A DNA stretch of 21,633 nt from Octopus sinensis (lineage: Eukaryota), in assembly GCF_006345805.1 (NCBI RefSeq), contig NW_021823691.1, forward strand, positions 1 through 21,633, written 5' to 3'. Below, in pieces: positions 1-9,157 of this stretch. The translations under genes were made by a program, and so were the position numbers. The notes below the pieces were generated by a model that saw only the letters and a program-made list of their open reading frames with translations, was not told the origin of the DNA and did not search any database. Each line of letters opens with the position of its first letter. Position 1 is the stretch's first letter.

Positions 1-81
1 AAACAACATTAAATACATCGTAATTAACCAGAATATCAAAAATAACAATATGACATAAGGAGAAATAAAATACATACTTAC

Positions 82-120
82 AAGTCAGTTTCAAATTATG
101 AAGTGAAATTAAATTCTTAG
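82..120 (-). other. Candidate 39-nt exon (or 3' part of a first exon) of a minus-strand host gene
   Basis: Minus strand reads tttggtttggttttttttaacAG|ctaagaa...gactt|GTAAGTATG: polypyrimidine tract plus AG acceptor and a consensus donor. One frame is open (KNLISLHNLKLT) and the length is a multiple of 3. No product recognised. Confidence 0.35.
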
Positions 121-837
121 CTGTTAAAAAAAACCAAACCAAATTACGTTACCATAGAAATATAACTTATGTAAAAAAAGATACGCGCCATGGAAGTAAA
201 CGTCATTTAAAATTATGAATGGAAAATAGAATAAATGGAACTAAAAACTATATCCACGTGGCAAACCAACACTACTTAAAAACATTTATTATGAATGGAT
301 TCTTTAATAAAACTACCATAATAATTATTATATACAATTATGAGCTTTAGCTCATCTTAGCAGCTCTAACAACAACTTGCAGTAACCCAAATCTATTCTC
401 GATACCTGCCTTACTACTACACTATTCCAAGCAACGCTAGCCCACCACCCGGTTACAATTCCCACTCCACCCATTCATTCACAATTTCAACGACGTTCAA
501 CTCCACAGCGCTACATATAAGCCTCAACATATACACCACCGGAGATTCTCTTTCAATCCGTGCGGATGGGTGAGAGTATACATTGAGTGTAGTGATGGGG
601 CTCCCATTACTATACACATTTGTACCTGTGTGGTAGTCTCCATGGTATATTCACGCACGGGTATAAATGCAGGGGGTACACGCGCACGGCATGTACGTGT
701 ACCCCCTCACATGTACATATGCATGCTAGTTGGGCTCGATATGTGCAACAATGTAATCGCGCCGCATACATGCATATGGGCGAGTTGCACAATCAAAATA
801 CGCACACGTGTGTGTTGTGCGTTCCCTGGTTGTGCTT

Positions 838-839
<2 letters not shown>

Positions 840-881
<42 letters not shown>

Positions 882-1010
882 TAGATAGATATAAAATGTG
901 ATATATACCATGCATATACATGGTATGTATACATACATAACGTATATATGTATATATGCGTGTATATGGATGTATATATATTGTATGCTCGTGTGTGTAT
1001 ATGTATATAT

Positions 1011-1049
<39 letters not shown>

Positions 1050-1150
1050 TATATAATATATATATGCTATATATATATATATATATATTATATGTGTGTG
1101 TGTGGTGTGTGTGGTGTGGTGTGTGTGGTGTGTGTGTGTGTGTGCCGTTT
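840..1150. repeat. Compound microsatellite (TA)n/(GTAT)n/(GT)n/(GTG)n
   Basis: Directly visible simple repeats. Confidence 0.95.
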
Positions 1151-2020
1151 GTATGTGTGTGGAACGTGAAACGAGAGCGGGACATGTATGTTGAATATGA
1201 AAGTGCGTGGGACGGAGAGAAAGAGAGAAAGGGATAAAGAGAGAAAGTGAGAGAGAGATTGGGGCAGAGGACGCTGTGTTAGGGACGTACTGTGATATTA
1301 CATTCACTGTTTGCGTGTTTTTAAAAGTCGCGTTAAATATCACCAATTCATTCATAGAAAAAAGTGGGATAGAACAGTGACGTCATTCGTTTAATGGTTT
1401 TTGAATGTCATAAATTTAGTCGAGTGGAATGACATGGTCGGATTGACAAACCATAAGAAGAACAGGAATAGCAATGATTCTTAACACAGCTTTATTGTTT
1501 TAACATTAAATTCAAAAACCTGGAACCGTTTAGAATTTCCATTTAAGTTTGACGTCAAGGTCTTGCTTTATAAACATGAATAGCAATGGCTTTCACCTGA
1601 TTTCCTTAAAAGAAATGGTACCATGGAATTGAAGACTAGCTTAACTCTTTTATTCTTTTATCAGTTTTCAAGTAAAGAATGCTGCCATGCTGGAGCACCA
1701 CCTAGTAGAGTTAGTCCAGTGGTTCTCAACCGGAGTCCACATAGCCCTCAGAGTCCATATAAGGTTTTGGGGGATCCACATAACAAAATAGTAAATTGGG
1801 AATCTTCAATAATATTTTAAGGGCCCTTGAAAAAATGTTGCTTTAGATGAATGTATTTTATGTATTTCAAGAAAGAGCGAGGTTTCTTTCCCTAACGTTT
1901 TACATAGTCCAATCTTCATAAATTAATGTGTGAAAAACAACTTAGGAATTTTGAAAGAAGCCTTTATAAAACTAGTTTTTAAACATTGAATAGCTTTTGG
2001 AGGTCCACTAGAATAAAATA

Positions 2021-2653
2021 TTGGATTGGTGCATAATTATTGCGGTTTTTGCTTCAACAAATTTTATTCAACAAAAACAATAACAATTTATATATATAAA
2101 GCTGAAGTTGTCTGTGTGTGGCAGGTTTGGTAACCTTCAACTAATACTATCTCCTCCAAGACCTTGCGGCGCAAGCTGACCAAAATTGAGAGTATGATAG
2201 AAGAAGGCCTGTTCTTCATTCCGTAGAAGATAAAATTCAAATCGGACCATGTTAAGACCAAAAATTATTTACATCAAAAAGGTGCTTTTTTTTCTATGAA
2301 AATCCCTATTTTTTACGATTTTTTCACTGCAGTGTCGCCATTTTTCGGTGTATTTCAACCAGAAAAATGTTCACTTAAAGAGAACATAATACGAAATTTT
2401 TAGTTTTCAAAAATTCTAATTCTAAAGGGTCAAAATAAACCCGAGCAACGCCAGGCGATACTGCTAGTATTTAATAAAAACATCTTTAAATGACGGTCTG
2501 ATCGTCTGCTAAGCATATGAAAAGCAGTAATTGAAGTAGATGGTGAATATGCTCCGGAATAATCATTTAAAGATGTTTTTGTTACATGATGTTATTGTGT
2601 TCGTTGAATAAAATTTGTTGAAAAAAAGCCACAATAATTATGCACCCACCCAA
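2021..2653. mobile_element. Mariner-type MITE inserted in the hAT MITE
   Basis: About 30-bp TIRs TTGGATTGGTGCATAATTATTGCGGTTTTT / AAAAAGCCACAATAATTATGCACCCACCCAA resemble the Hsmar1/MADE1 TIR; TA TSD at 2019-2020 and 2654-2655. Confidence 0.85.
2087..2467 (+). mobile_element. Non-autonomous Helitron inserted in the mariner MITE
   Basis: Sits between A2086 and T2468 with no TSD. 5' end TTTATATATATAAAGCTGAAGTTGTCTGTGTGTG (TT rather than TC). 3' end CCCGAGCAACGCCAGGCGATACTG-CTAG is typical of animal Helitrons. Confidence 0.8.
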
Positions 2654-3336
2654 TAGTAATCAAAGAGGTCCAGAGATAAAAAGAAATGGCTGAGAAGTCT
2701 TGAGTTAGTCGAACATATTGATATCCACACACTTATTTTGTTTCGTTTTTCTTTTTCAAATTTTGTAATTATTCTATCGGTTTTATTTTGCCGAGCTACT
2801 AAGTTACGGGGGACGCAACGTACGTAATATAAACAAGACAACACCGATTTGTGCTAATGCCCACAACACAGTACTTTATATGATTTAGTAAGATAACACA
2901 CTAACGCCGTTTGTAGGACAGATAAAGGGAAGAAGACGAGAAAAAATTGAATAAAATGGAATAAAATAAAATAGAATAAAACAGATTATGATACAATAAA
3001 GAGGGAGAAACAGAAGAAAATGAAATAAAGTGAGACGATATCGAATGCAATAAAGGTTTTAGTAGAGTAGGAAGTTTAATTTTCTGTTAATAGGTTGGGT
3101 GATATATTTAAGCAAAAGATTACGGCCATTAAAGCATTGAAGGTTAATGGATATATGCTTTAAAAGTTTCAAAAGTTATAAGATTTTTTTTTAATGTTAG
3201 AAAAGCTGTATAAAGGTGGGAATAATAGTAAATAGGTATTACAGATAGATGGACAGACAGACAGACAGAGAGATAAATAAGTTGGTAGCTTGATAGACAA
3301 ATAGACCGATCGATATATACGAAATACTTCTACTAT

Positions 3337-3762
3337 TAGGCGTGGGAGTGCTGTATGGTATATAGCTTGCTTACGAACCACATGGTTCCTGGTTCAGTCC
3401 CACTACGTGGCACCTTGGACAAGTGCCTTCTAGCCTCGGGCCGACCAAAGCCTTGTGAGTGGATTTGGTAGACGGAAACTGAAAGAAGCCCGTCGTATAT
3501 ATGTACACACACACATATATATATATATATGTGTGTGTATGTGTATACGTTTGTGTGTCTGTGTTTGTCCCCCTAGCATTGCTTGACAACCGATGCTGGT
3601 GTGTTTATGTCCCCGTAAATTAGCGGTTCGGCAAAAGTGACCAATAGAATAAGTACTAGGCTTACAAAGAATAAGTCCTGGGGTCGATTTGGTCGACTAA
3701 AGGCAGTGCTCTAGCATGGCCACAGTCAAATGACTGAAACAAGTAAAAGAGTAAAGAGAGTA
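3337..3762 (+). mobile_element. tRNA-headed SINE, family A, full length
   Basis: A/B-box-like head (TGTATGGTA...GGTTCAGTCCC), CCTTGGACAAGTG segment, internal TA/TG microsatellite, tail GAAACAAGTAAAAGAGTAAAGAG. Several homologous copies occur in the window. Confidence 0.9.
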
Positions 3763-3769
3763 TTAATTA

Positions 3770-3925
3770 ATACTATATATATCTATATATAGATATATAT
3801 ATATATATATATATATACATACATACATATATTATATACACAATATATATATAATATATACACACACACACCACACACACACCCCCACACACACACATAT
3901 ATATATTATATATATATCTATATAT
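3770..3925. repeat. Compound (TA)n/(CA)n microsatellite
   Basis: Directly visible. Confidence 0.9.
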
Positions 3926-3931
3926 AACCAA

Positions 3932-4060
3932 TATATAGTGGTTAGGATTGCTTATTTTCACCCAGGCGGCCCGGGTTCAATTCCTGGCATAGGATCGCTA
4001 AGCTTAAAAGACGGTCCTTCAGTATGACCCCAGTCGGATGGCTGAAACTAATAAAAGAAT
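3932..4060 (+). pseudogene. tRNA-Glu(TTC)-derived pseudogene or short SINE with a ~65-nt tail
   Basis: TAGTGGTTAGGATT...TTTTCACCCAGGCGGCCCGGGTTCAATTCCTGGCATAGGA follows the metazoan tRNA-Glu(UUC) pattern, anticodon TTC at 3957-3959. The 5' acceptor arm is lost and the anticodon stem is broken. The tail ends GAAACTAATAAAAGAAT. Confidence 0.75.
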
Positions 4061-4730
4061 ATATGTATGTGTGTGTCTGTGTGTGTGTGTATCACTCGAA
4101 AAACATGCAATTTAGATAGAGAATTTAAACAAATAGAGTCTCTTACAGATGTTTCTAGAATAGCAAAGCATGTGTGTCATGATATTGGGTAAGGATTCCA
4201 TAGGTTAATAAAACCGTCATCGGAGAGAGAGAGAGAGAAGTCTGAGAATATAAAATGAAGAATATACCCAATCGAAGATGGTACTTTTCAGTTTGTCGAA
4301 AAATGAAATAAGAATCAGAGTGAAAAGTATATGTGTTAGATAGTTCCATGATCAAATAAATAATAAAGTTATAGGTGAGGTCCATTAGCAGTTCAAAAGG
4401 TGAATATCTGATGATAATCGATGGCAAAGGATAATGGAAATTACCAATTCCATTTTTGAATAGAGAGTGAATTAGGATTGAGTAAGAATGATATAATACA
4501 GTGCGAGGGAAAGAGGGAATGGTAGATGCATGAGAATAGATGTATACTAGTCAGGCTAGTGAGGGTATGTTTGGTGAAAGAGGTTTAGAGGATGTATAGA
4601 TAGAGACAGAAAGGTAAGGGATGAAAAATAACAGATGTTAGATACTTTCATCTCATGTCCGACTACCAGCTTTGACCAGAGTCATCAGATAGCAAGAGTG
4701 GAAGCGAGAGGGTCTGGATAATAATAAATA

Positions 4731-4962
4731 AGGCGGCGAGCTGGCTGAACCGTTAGCACGCCGGGTGAAATGCTTGGCGGTATTCCGTCTGCCGCTACGT
4801 TCCGTGTTCAAATTCCACTGAGGTCGACTATGCCTTTCATCCTTTCGGGGTCGATCAAATAAGTACCAGTTACGCACTGGGGCCGATATAATCGACTTAA
4901 TCCGTTTGTCTGTCCTTGTTTGTCCTCTCTGTGTTTAGCCCCTTGTGGGTAGTAAAGAAATA
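4731..4962 (+). mobile_element. tRNA-headed SINE, family B (tail type B1)
   Basis: GGCGGCGAGCTGGC...GTTCAAATTCC...CCTTTCATCCTTTCGGGGTCGAT...TTTAGCCCCTTGTGGGTAGTAAAGAAAT; homologous to 6176-6400 and 7591-7808. Confidence 0.9.
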
Positions 4963-5100
4963 GGTATTTCGTCTGTTATTACGTTCAAATTCCGCCGAGG
5001 TTAACTTTGCCTTTCATCCTTTCGGGGGTCAATAAATTAATTACCAGTTGAACTCTAGGGTCGATCTAATCGACTGCCCCCCCCCCTCCCCAAGAGTAGG
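4963..5100 (+). mobile_element. Second, 5'-truncated family B unit (tail type B2) in tandem
   Basis: Repeats GGTATTTCGTCTG...GTTCAAATTCCGCCGAGGT...CGACTG and then runs into CCCCCTCCCCAA, as in the 8390-8597 copy. Confidence 0.8.
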
Positions 5101-5426
5101 AAAGGATGGTAATAAAGTGATTGTAACAGATAATGAAGTTCTCGAATTATAGCCCAAACTACAGTGGGCGTGATACGACTAGAGGGAGAGAGATTTAGGG
5201 CTCACCAGATTACAATGGTACTAGTAATAAATGACAATAATATTAATTAAAATGTTAAAAATTGTAGTGTTAGAGGAAGTCTATGCTGCTGTAAAAAGGT
5301 AAAAACATATTGCTTACTAAGTTCCTGTACAGTGAATTTATAGGGCCCAGAGATGAAATAGATATTGTGATAATGGAAATAGCTACCTTATAAGTAAATC
5401 AGAAAAGAAATCTAGTAAAAAAAAAA

Positions 5427-5737
5427 GGACCTCTCCATCGGTTACGACATCGAGGGCCCCAACTGATACGATCAACGGAACAGCCTGCTCATGAAATTAA
5501 CGTGTAAGTGGTGAGCACTCCACGGACACCCTTAACGCAGTTCTCATGGGGATTCAGCGTGATACAGAGTGTGACAAGGCTGGCCCTCTGAAATACAGAT
5601 ACTACTCATTTTTGCCAGCTGAGTGAACTGGAGAAAATGTGAAATAAAGAGTCTTGCTCAAGGACAACGCGTCGCCGGGAATTGAACTCACGACGTTACG
5701 ATCGCAAGCCGAATGCTATAACCACTAAGCCAAGCGT
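5427..5737 (-). mobile_element. tRNA-headed SINE, family C1
   Basis: Minus strand: GGCTTAGTGGTTATAGC...GAGTTCAATTCCCGG head, CCTTGAGCAAGA...CCAGTTCACTCAGCTGG central domain, GTCGTAACCGATGGAG tail; homologous to 19965-20285. Confidence 0.9.
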
Positions 5738-6175
5738 GTAGCTCCATAACTGTGAGAAGAGAAGGCCTGGTAGCGTTCAGTGAGTAACAATTATGTTGGT
5801 ACTGATTAGGTATTCGATTAATTATATGAAAGTGAAATGCGTAAATATGAAGAGAAACATGAGAACCTGTGAAATAAAACGATAAAAGCATGTGATATAA
5901 ATGTAGAGATACGGATTTCAATTGAGCTCATATGATGTCTATCAGTGAGAATCAGAGATAGTTGATTAACTGCCATTAGATTTATGGTACTATTTAAATG
6001 ATTTAAAACATTCATGAACACACGTGGAGCAGGCTTCGTGTCGTTTATCTAATAACTGGGAGGGGTTGTGTGGTAGGATTTGTATGGATTCCCTCAAACA
6101 TGACCAACATGGGACATTTATGACCTTGGTATGAAAAACCCGAGTCAATGACGGACCAAGCTATATTATATGGTA

Positions 6176-6397
6176 AAGGGCGGCGAGCTGGCAGAATCGT
6201 TAACACGCTGGATGAAATGCTTAGCTGTATTTCATCTGTCTTTATGTTCTGAGTTCAAATTCCACCGAGGTCAAGTTTGCCTTTCATCCTTTCGGGGTCG
6301 ATAAGCACCAGTTACGCACTGGGATCGATGTAATCGACTTAAGCCCTTTGTCTGTCTTTGTTTGTCCTCTATGTTTAGTCCCTTGTGGGTAATAAAG

Positions 6398-6400
<3 letters not shown>
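6176..6400 (+). mobile_element. SINE family B (B1 tail)
   Basis: Colinear with 4731-4962; followed by (TA)n. Confidence 0.9.
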
Positions 6401-6456
<56 letters not shown>

Positions 6457-6550
6457 ACAAAGGGTAAAATTAATCAATAAGAAGTAATCAGTAATTTCAC
6501 CAAGTAGAATTCGGTATGAAAAAAGACCATTTCACGGTAAACTTAAGTAA

Positions 6551-6820
6551 TACTTTATAATTAGGGTTCAGCAAAGATTTGCTCATCCACATACCGAAGT
6601 TTAGAAATAGCAGTCCAAAAAACCTTAGCTTTTTCTTCTACTTTAAAAGGGATTGATTTTCGTTATTTTTCCTCTTTGCCTGCGTAGATTGTTTTCAAGT
6701 ATTTTGGTTTTTCTGTGAGTCCCTTTTAAAGTAGAAGAAATAGCTAAGGTTTTTTGACTGCTATTTCTAAACTTCGGTATGTGGTGAAGCAAATCTTTGC
6801 TGAACCCTAATTATAAAGTA
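6551..6820. mobile_element. Foldback/MITE-like element with ~100-bp inverted arms
   Basis: 6551-6652 and 6720-6820 are near-perfect reverse complements (TACTTTATAATTAGGGTTCAGCAAAGATTTGC...AAAAGGGA), with a ~67-nt spacer and TA at both ends. Confidence 0.85.
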
Positions 6821-7127
6821 TATATATATATATATATAAATTTAACAATTAAGGATAACCTCTTAATAAGGAATCTTAACAAGAAATTGTCAGGTAGATA
6901 GCGTGAAAAACCTCATAAGAGAAAAAATTCGAAAATAATTTTTTTCTTTTGAACATGTTAATTTATATTATATAGAGGGCATTATTACACATAAATGCCT
7001 CACACTAAGAGGGACATAAGTCATTTCTACCAAAAATTTCAATAATCATACCCAATGCAGTTTTTCAAAGCAAGACATTTAAAAAATGAATTTAGTCCTA
7101 TATCACCTGTGATTTCGCACTCATGCG

Positions 7128-7486
7128 ATATAAGGGATATTAGCCAACTGAATATGGCTAGGGACAGGGCAGGGTGGTGGGGGTGTCACTTTCGAAATCA
7201 GTAAATGTATTTACTTGAAAATCCTTATATATATCTTGCACAGTTGGTCGTTCATCGAGAAGCGATGCCTACCACACGTGATAATAGGCAATACACCTTG
7301 AAACCTAGGTCCGTGTTTGGTATCGCCTTCTTGGTGGATGATCTCCCTTTGCAAGATAGAGGACGCCGTGATGGCGTCAGGCCTATCTGGTGACGTTGAT
7401 GTTCGCCTGGGGCTAAATGCAACAGTGACATCCCCACCACCCTGCCCTGTCCCTAGCCATATTCAGTTGGCTAATATCCCTTATAT
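7128..7486. mobile_element. MITE with ~63-bp GC-rich TIRs
   Basis: 7128-7190 versus 7424-7486: one mismatch seen (ATATAAGGGATATTAGCCAACTGAATATGGCTAGGGACAGGGCAGGGTGGTGGGGRTGTCACT); TA-flanked. Confidence 0.85.
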
Positions 7487-7531
7487 TATGGAGCAGTCAC
7501 TGTCTATATCTCATTTAGAGAATTATTATTG

Positions 7532-7590
<59 letters not shown>

Positions 7591-7591
<1 letters not shown>

Positions 7592-7808
7592 TATTTCTTT
7601 ACTACCCAAAGGGGCTAAACACAGAGGGGACAAACAAGGACAGACAAAGCGATTAAGTCGATTCCATCGACCCCAGTGCGTAACTGGTACTTAATTTGTC
7701 GACCCCGAAAGGATGAAAGGCAAAGTCAACCTCGGCGGAATTTGAACTCAGAACGTAACGGCAGACGAAATACAGCTACGCATTTCGCCCGGCGTGCTAC
7801 CGTTTCTG
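7591..7808 (-). mobile_element. SINE family B (B1 tail), slightly 5'-truncated
   Basis: Reverse complement of 4745-4962. Confidence 0.9.
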
Positions 7809-8279
7809 TCTTATGTACTTGTTCCTAAGATAGTGTATATGTTCGGAGAGAGAAGTAGATCTATTTTTATCATATTTAAACGAGTTTAAACACGCAGTCT
7901 ATCTTTGCTTGAAGCTAATAGTAGCTCCAATATGAATCTTGGAGGAGTGCATTACGGACCGTGAACATACAAACTACATTAAATCTCTGGCAACAAGCTT
8001 ATAAAAGGCAATTATCCCAAATTTTGAAGTTAAAATCGGATCTGTTTGCTATGAGTTTTTCCGCTAAGTGAATTAGAGCATTCATAACTAGAGGCTGTAC
8101 GATGGTTTTGGCTAGGTCTTCCTAATCTGTTCTCTACACATTTATTGTCTTCGATGTCATTTATGCTGTTATTATAGGTATTGGTGATTGAACGCATACA
8201 TGTTCCTAATTCATGGGAGAGATTGAGTGCAGCGTTATTGTCGCGGTTGATGGTAGAAACCCTTTTATTGTAATTGGTA

Positions 8280-8295
8280 TTATTGATGTTGTTGC

Positions 8296-8327
<32 letters not shown>

Positions 8328-8341
8328 TATTATTATTATTA

Positions 8342-8380
<39 letters not shown>

Positions 8381-8385
8381 CGTTA
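8280..8385. repeat. (TTA)n microsatellite
   Basis: Directly visible. Confidence 0.95.
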
Positions 8386-8389
8386 TTAA

Positions 8390-8592
8390 CTGGCAGAATC
8401 GTTGGTACGCCAGGCAAAATGCTTAGCGGCATTTCGTCGGTTTTTGCGTTCTGAGTTCAAATTCTGCCGCGATCGATTTTGCCTGTCATCCTTTCGGGGT
8501 CGATAAATTAAATACCAGTTGCGCACGGGGATCGATCTAATCAATTGGCCCCCTCCCCCAAAATTTCGGGCCTTGTGCCTAGAGTGGAAAAG

Positions 8593-8597
<5 letters not shown>
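8390..8597 (+). mobile_element. SINE family B (B2 tail) ending in (ATT)n
   Basis: CTGGCAGAATCGTT...GTTCAAATTC...CCCCTCCCCCAAAATTTCGGGCCTTGTGCCTAGAGTGGAAAAGATTATT. Confidence 0.88.
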
Positions 8598-8647
<50 letters not shown>

Positions 8648-8653
8648 TATTAA

Positions 8654-9155
8654 TTCAGTAGATTTATTTTTATAGCGTGCTTTCATTGCACTACCGAGCC
8701 CAGCTCTGTATGCCTTGGGTATGTGCTGTGGTTTGTTGTGGTGCTCTTATTTTCACCGTATTGAAAATGCTTTACGTAGGATGTGTGGTGTCTAGTAGTG
8801 CTATTTTCTGTATCTTATATATAATTGTAAGTCCTGGTATTTTAGTTATGTATATGTCTGAATTTTTCTTTTATTATGCCTAATGCACCTACAATGATAG
8901 GAATTGTTTCTGTTTTTAGATTCCACATTCGAGTTGTCTCTATTCCCAATCTTTGTATTTTGAAAGTTTCTTTTTTTTCTTTTTGAGGAACATTGTCGTC
9001 TGTTGGTATTGATACAGCGATTAGAAGACATTTTTTTCTTGGTGATCTCTGACAACTCTATCTGGCCTATTGGCCTTAATTTCTCTATCTGTGTGTATTG
9101 GCATATCCCAGAGTATTGTTGCTTTCTCATTTTCTGTGACCTTTTCTGACGTATC
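8654..9155 (-). mobile_element. 5'-truncated R4/Dong-clade non-LTR retrotransposon (RLE endonuclease domain, frameshifted)
   Basis: Minus-strand translation: EKVTENEKATILWDMPIHTDREIKANRPDRVVRDHQEKKCLLIAVSIPTDDN...KLSKYKD/ETTRMWNLKTETIPIIVGALGII/KIQKIALLDTTH; stop at 8755-8753, ~100-nt 3'UTR, then (TAA)n. Confidence 0.88.
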
Positions 9156-9157
9156 AA

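Larger units (their letters stand above)
1717..2702. mobile_element. Non-autonomous hAT-type MITE (interrupted)
   Basis: Left TIR CAGTGGTTCTCAACC (1717-1731); degenerate right TIR GGCTGAGAAGTCTTG ending at 2702; exact 8-bp TSD AGTTAGTC at 1709-1716 and 2703-2710. Confidence 0.85.
1644..2853 (-). mobile_element. Old SINE family A 3' half, split by nested insertions (pieces 1644-1716 and 2703-2853)
   Basis: ctcttttattctttta...gccatgctggagcaccacc and ttattctatcggttttattttgccgagctactaagttacggggacg match the reverse complement of the family A 3' region seen at 3600-3762 and 21290-21460. Confidence 0.75.

Noticed and set aside
3932-3994. Functional tRNA-Glu gene
   Set aside because: The 5' acceptor strand is missing and the anticodon stem is mispaired.
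4155-4427. 90-aa minus-strand ORF with a faint RT-like YF.F stretch
   Set aside because: No diagnostic RT motifs could be aligned.
4640-4730. Hammerhead-like CTGATGA...GAAA on the minus strand
   Set aside because: Stem II does not close next to GAAA, and I found no complementary stem I or III strands with a UH cleavage site.
5740-5866. Strong minus-strand acceptor at 5867 with an open frame
   Set aside because: There is no consensus donor before the frame runs into a SINE.
6570-6600. GATGAG-CAAATCTTTG-CTGAAC resembling a hammerhead core in the foldback arm
   Set aside because: Both catalytic boxes are non-canonical (no CTGATGA, no CGAAA).
7245-7350. Peptide LVVHREAMP...RQYTLKPRSVFGI resembling the piggyBac catalytic region
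   Set aside because: It lacks the DE motif, and the element has no TTAA TSD or CCC-starting TIR. The similarity is too weak without an HMM search.
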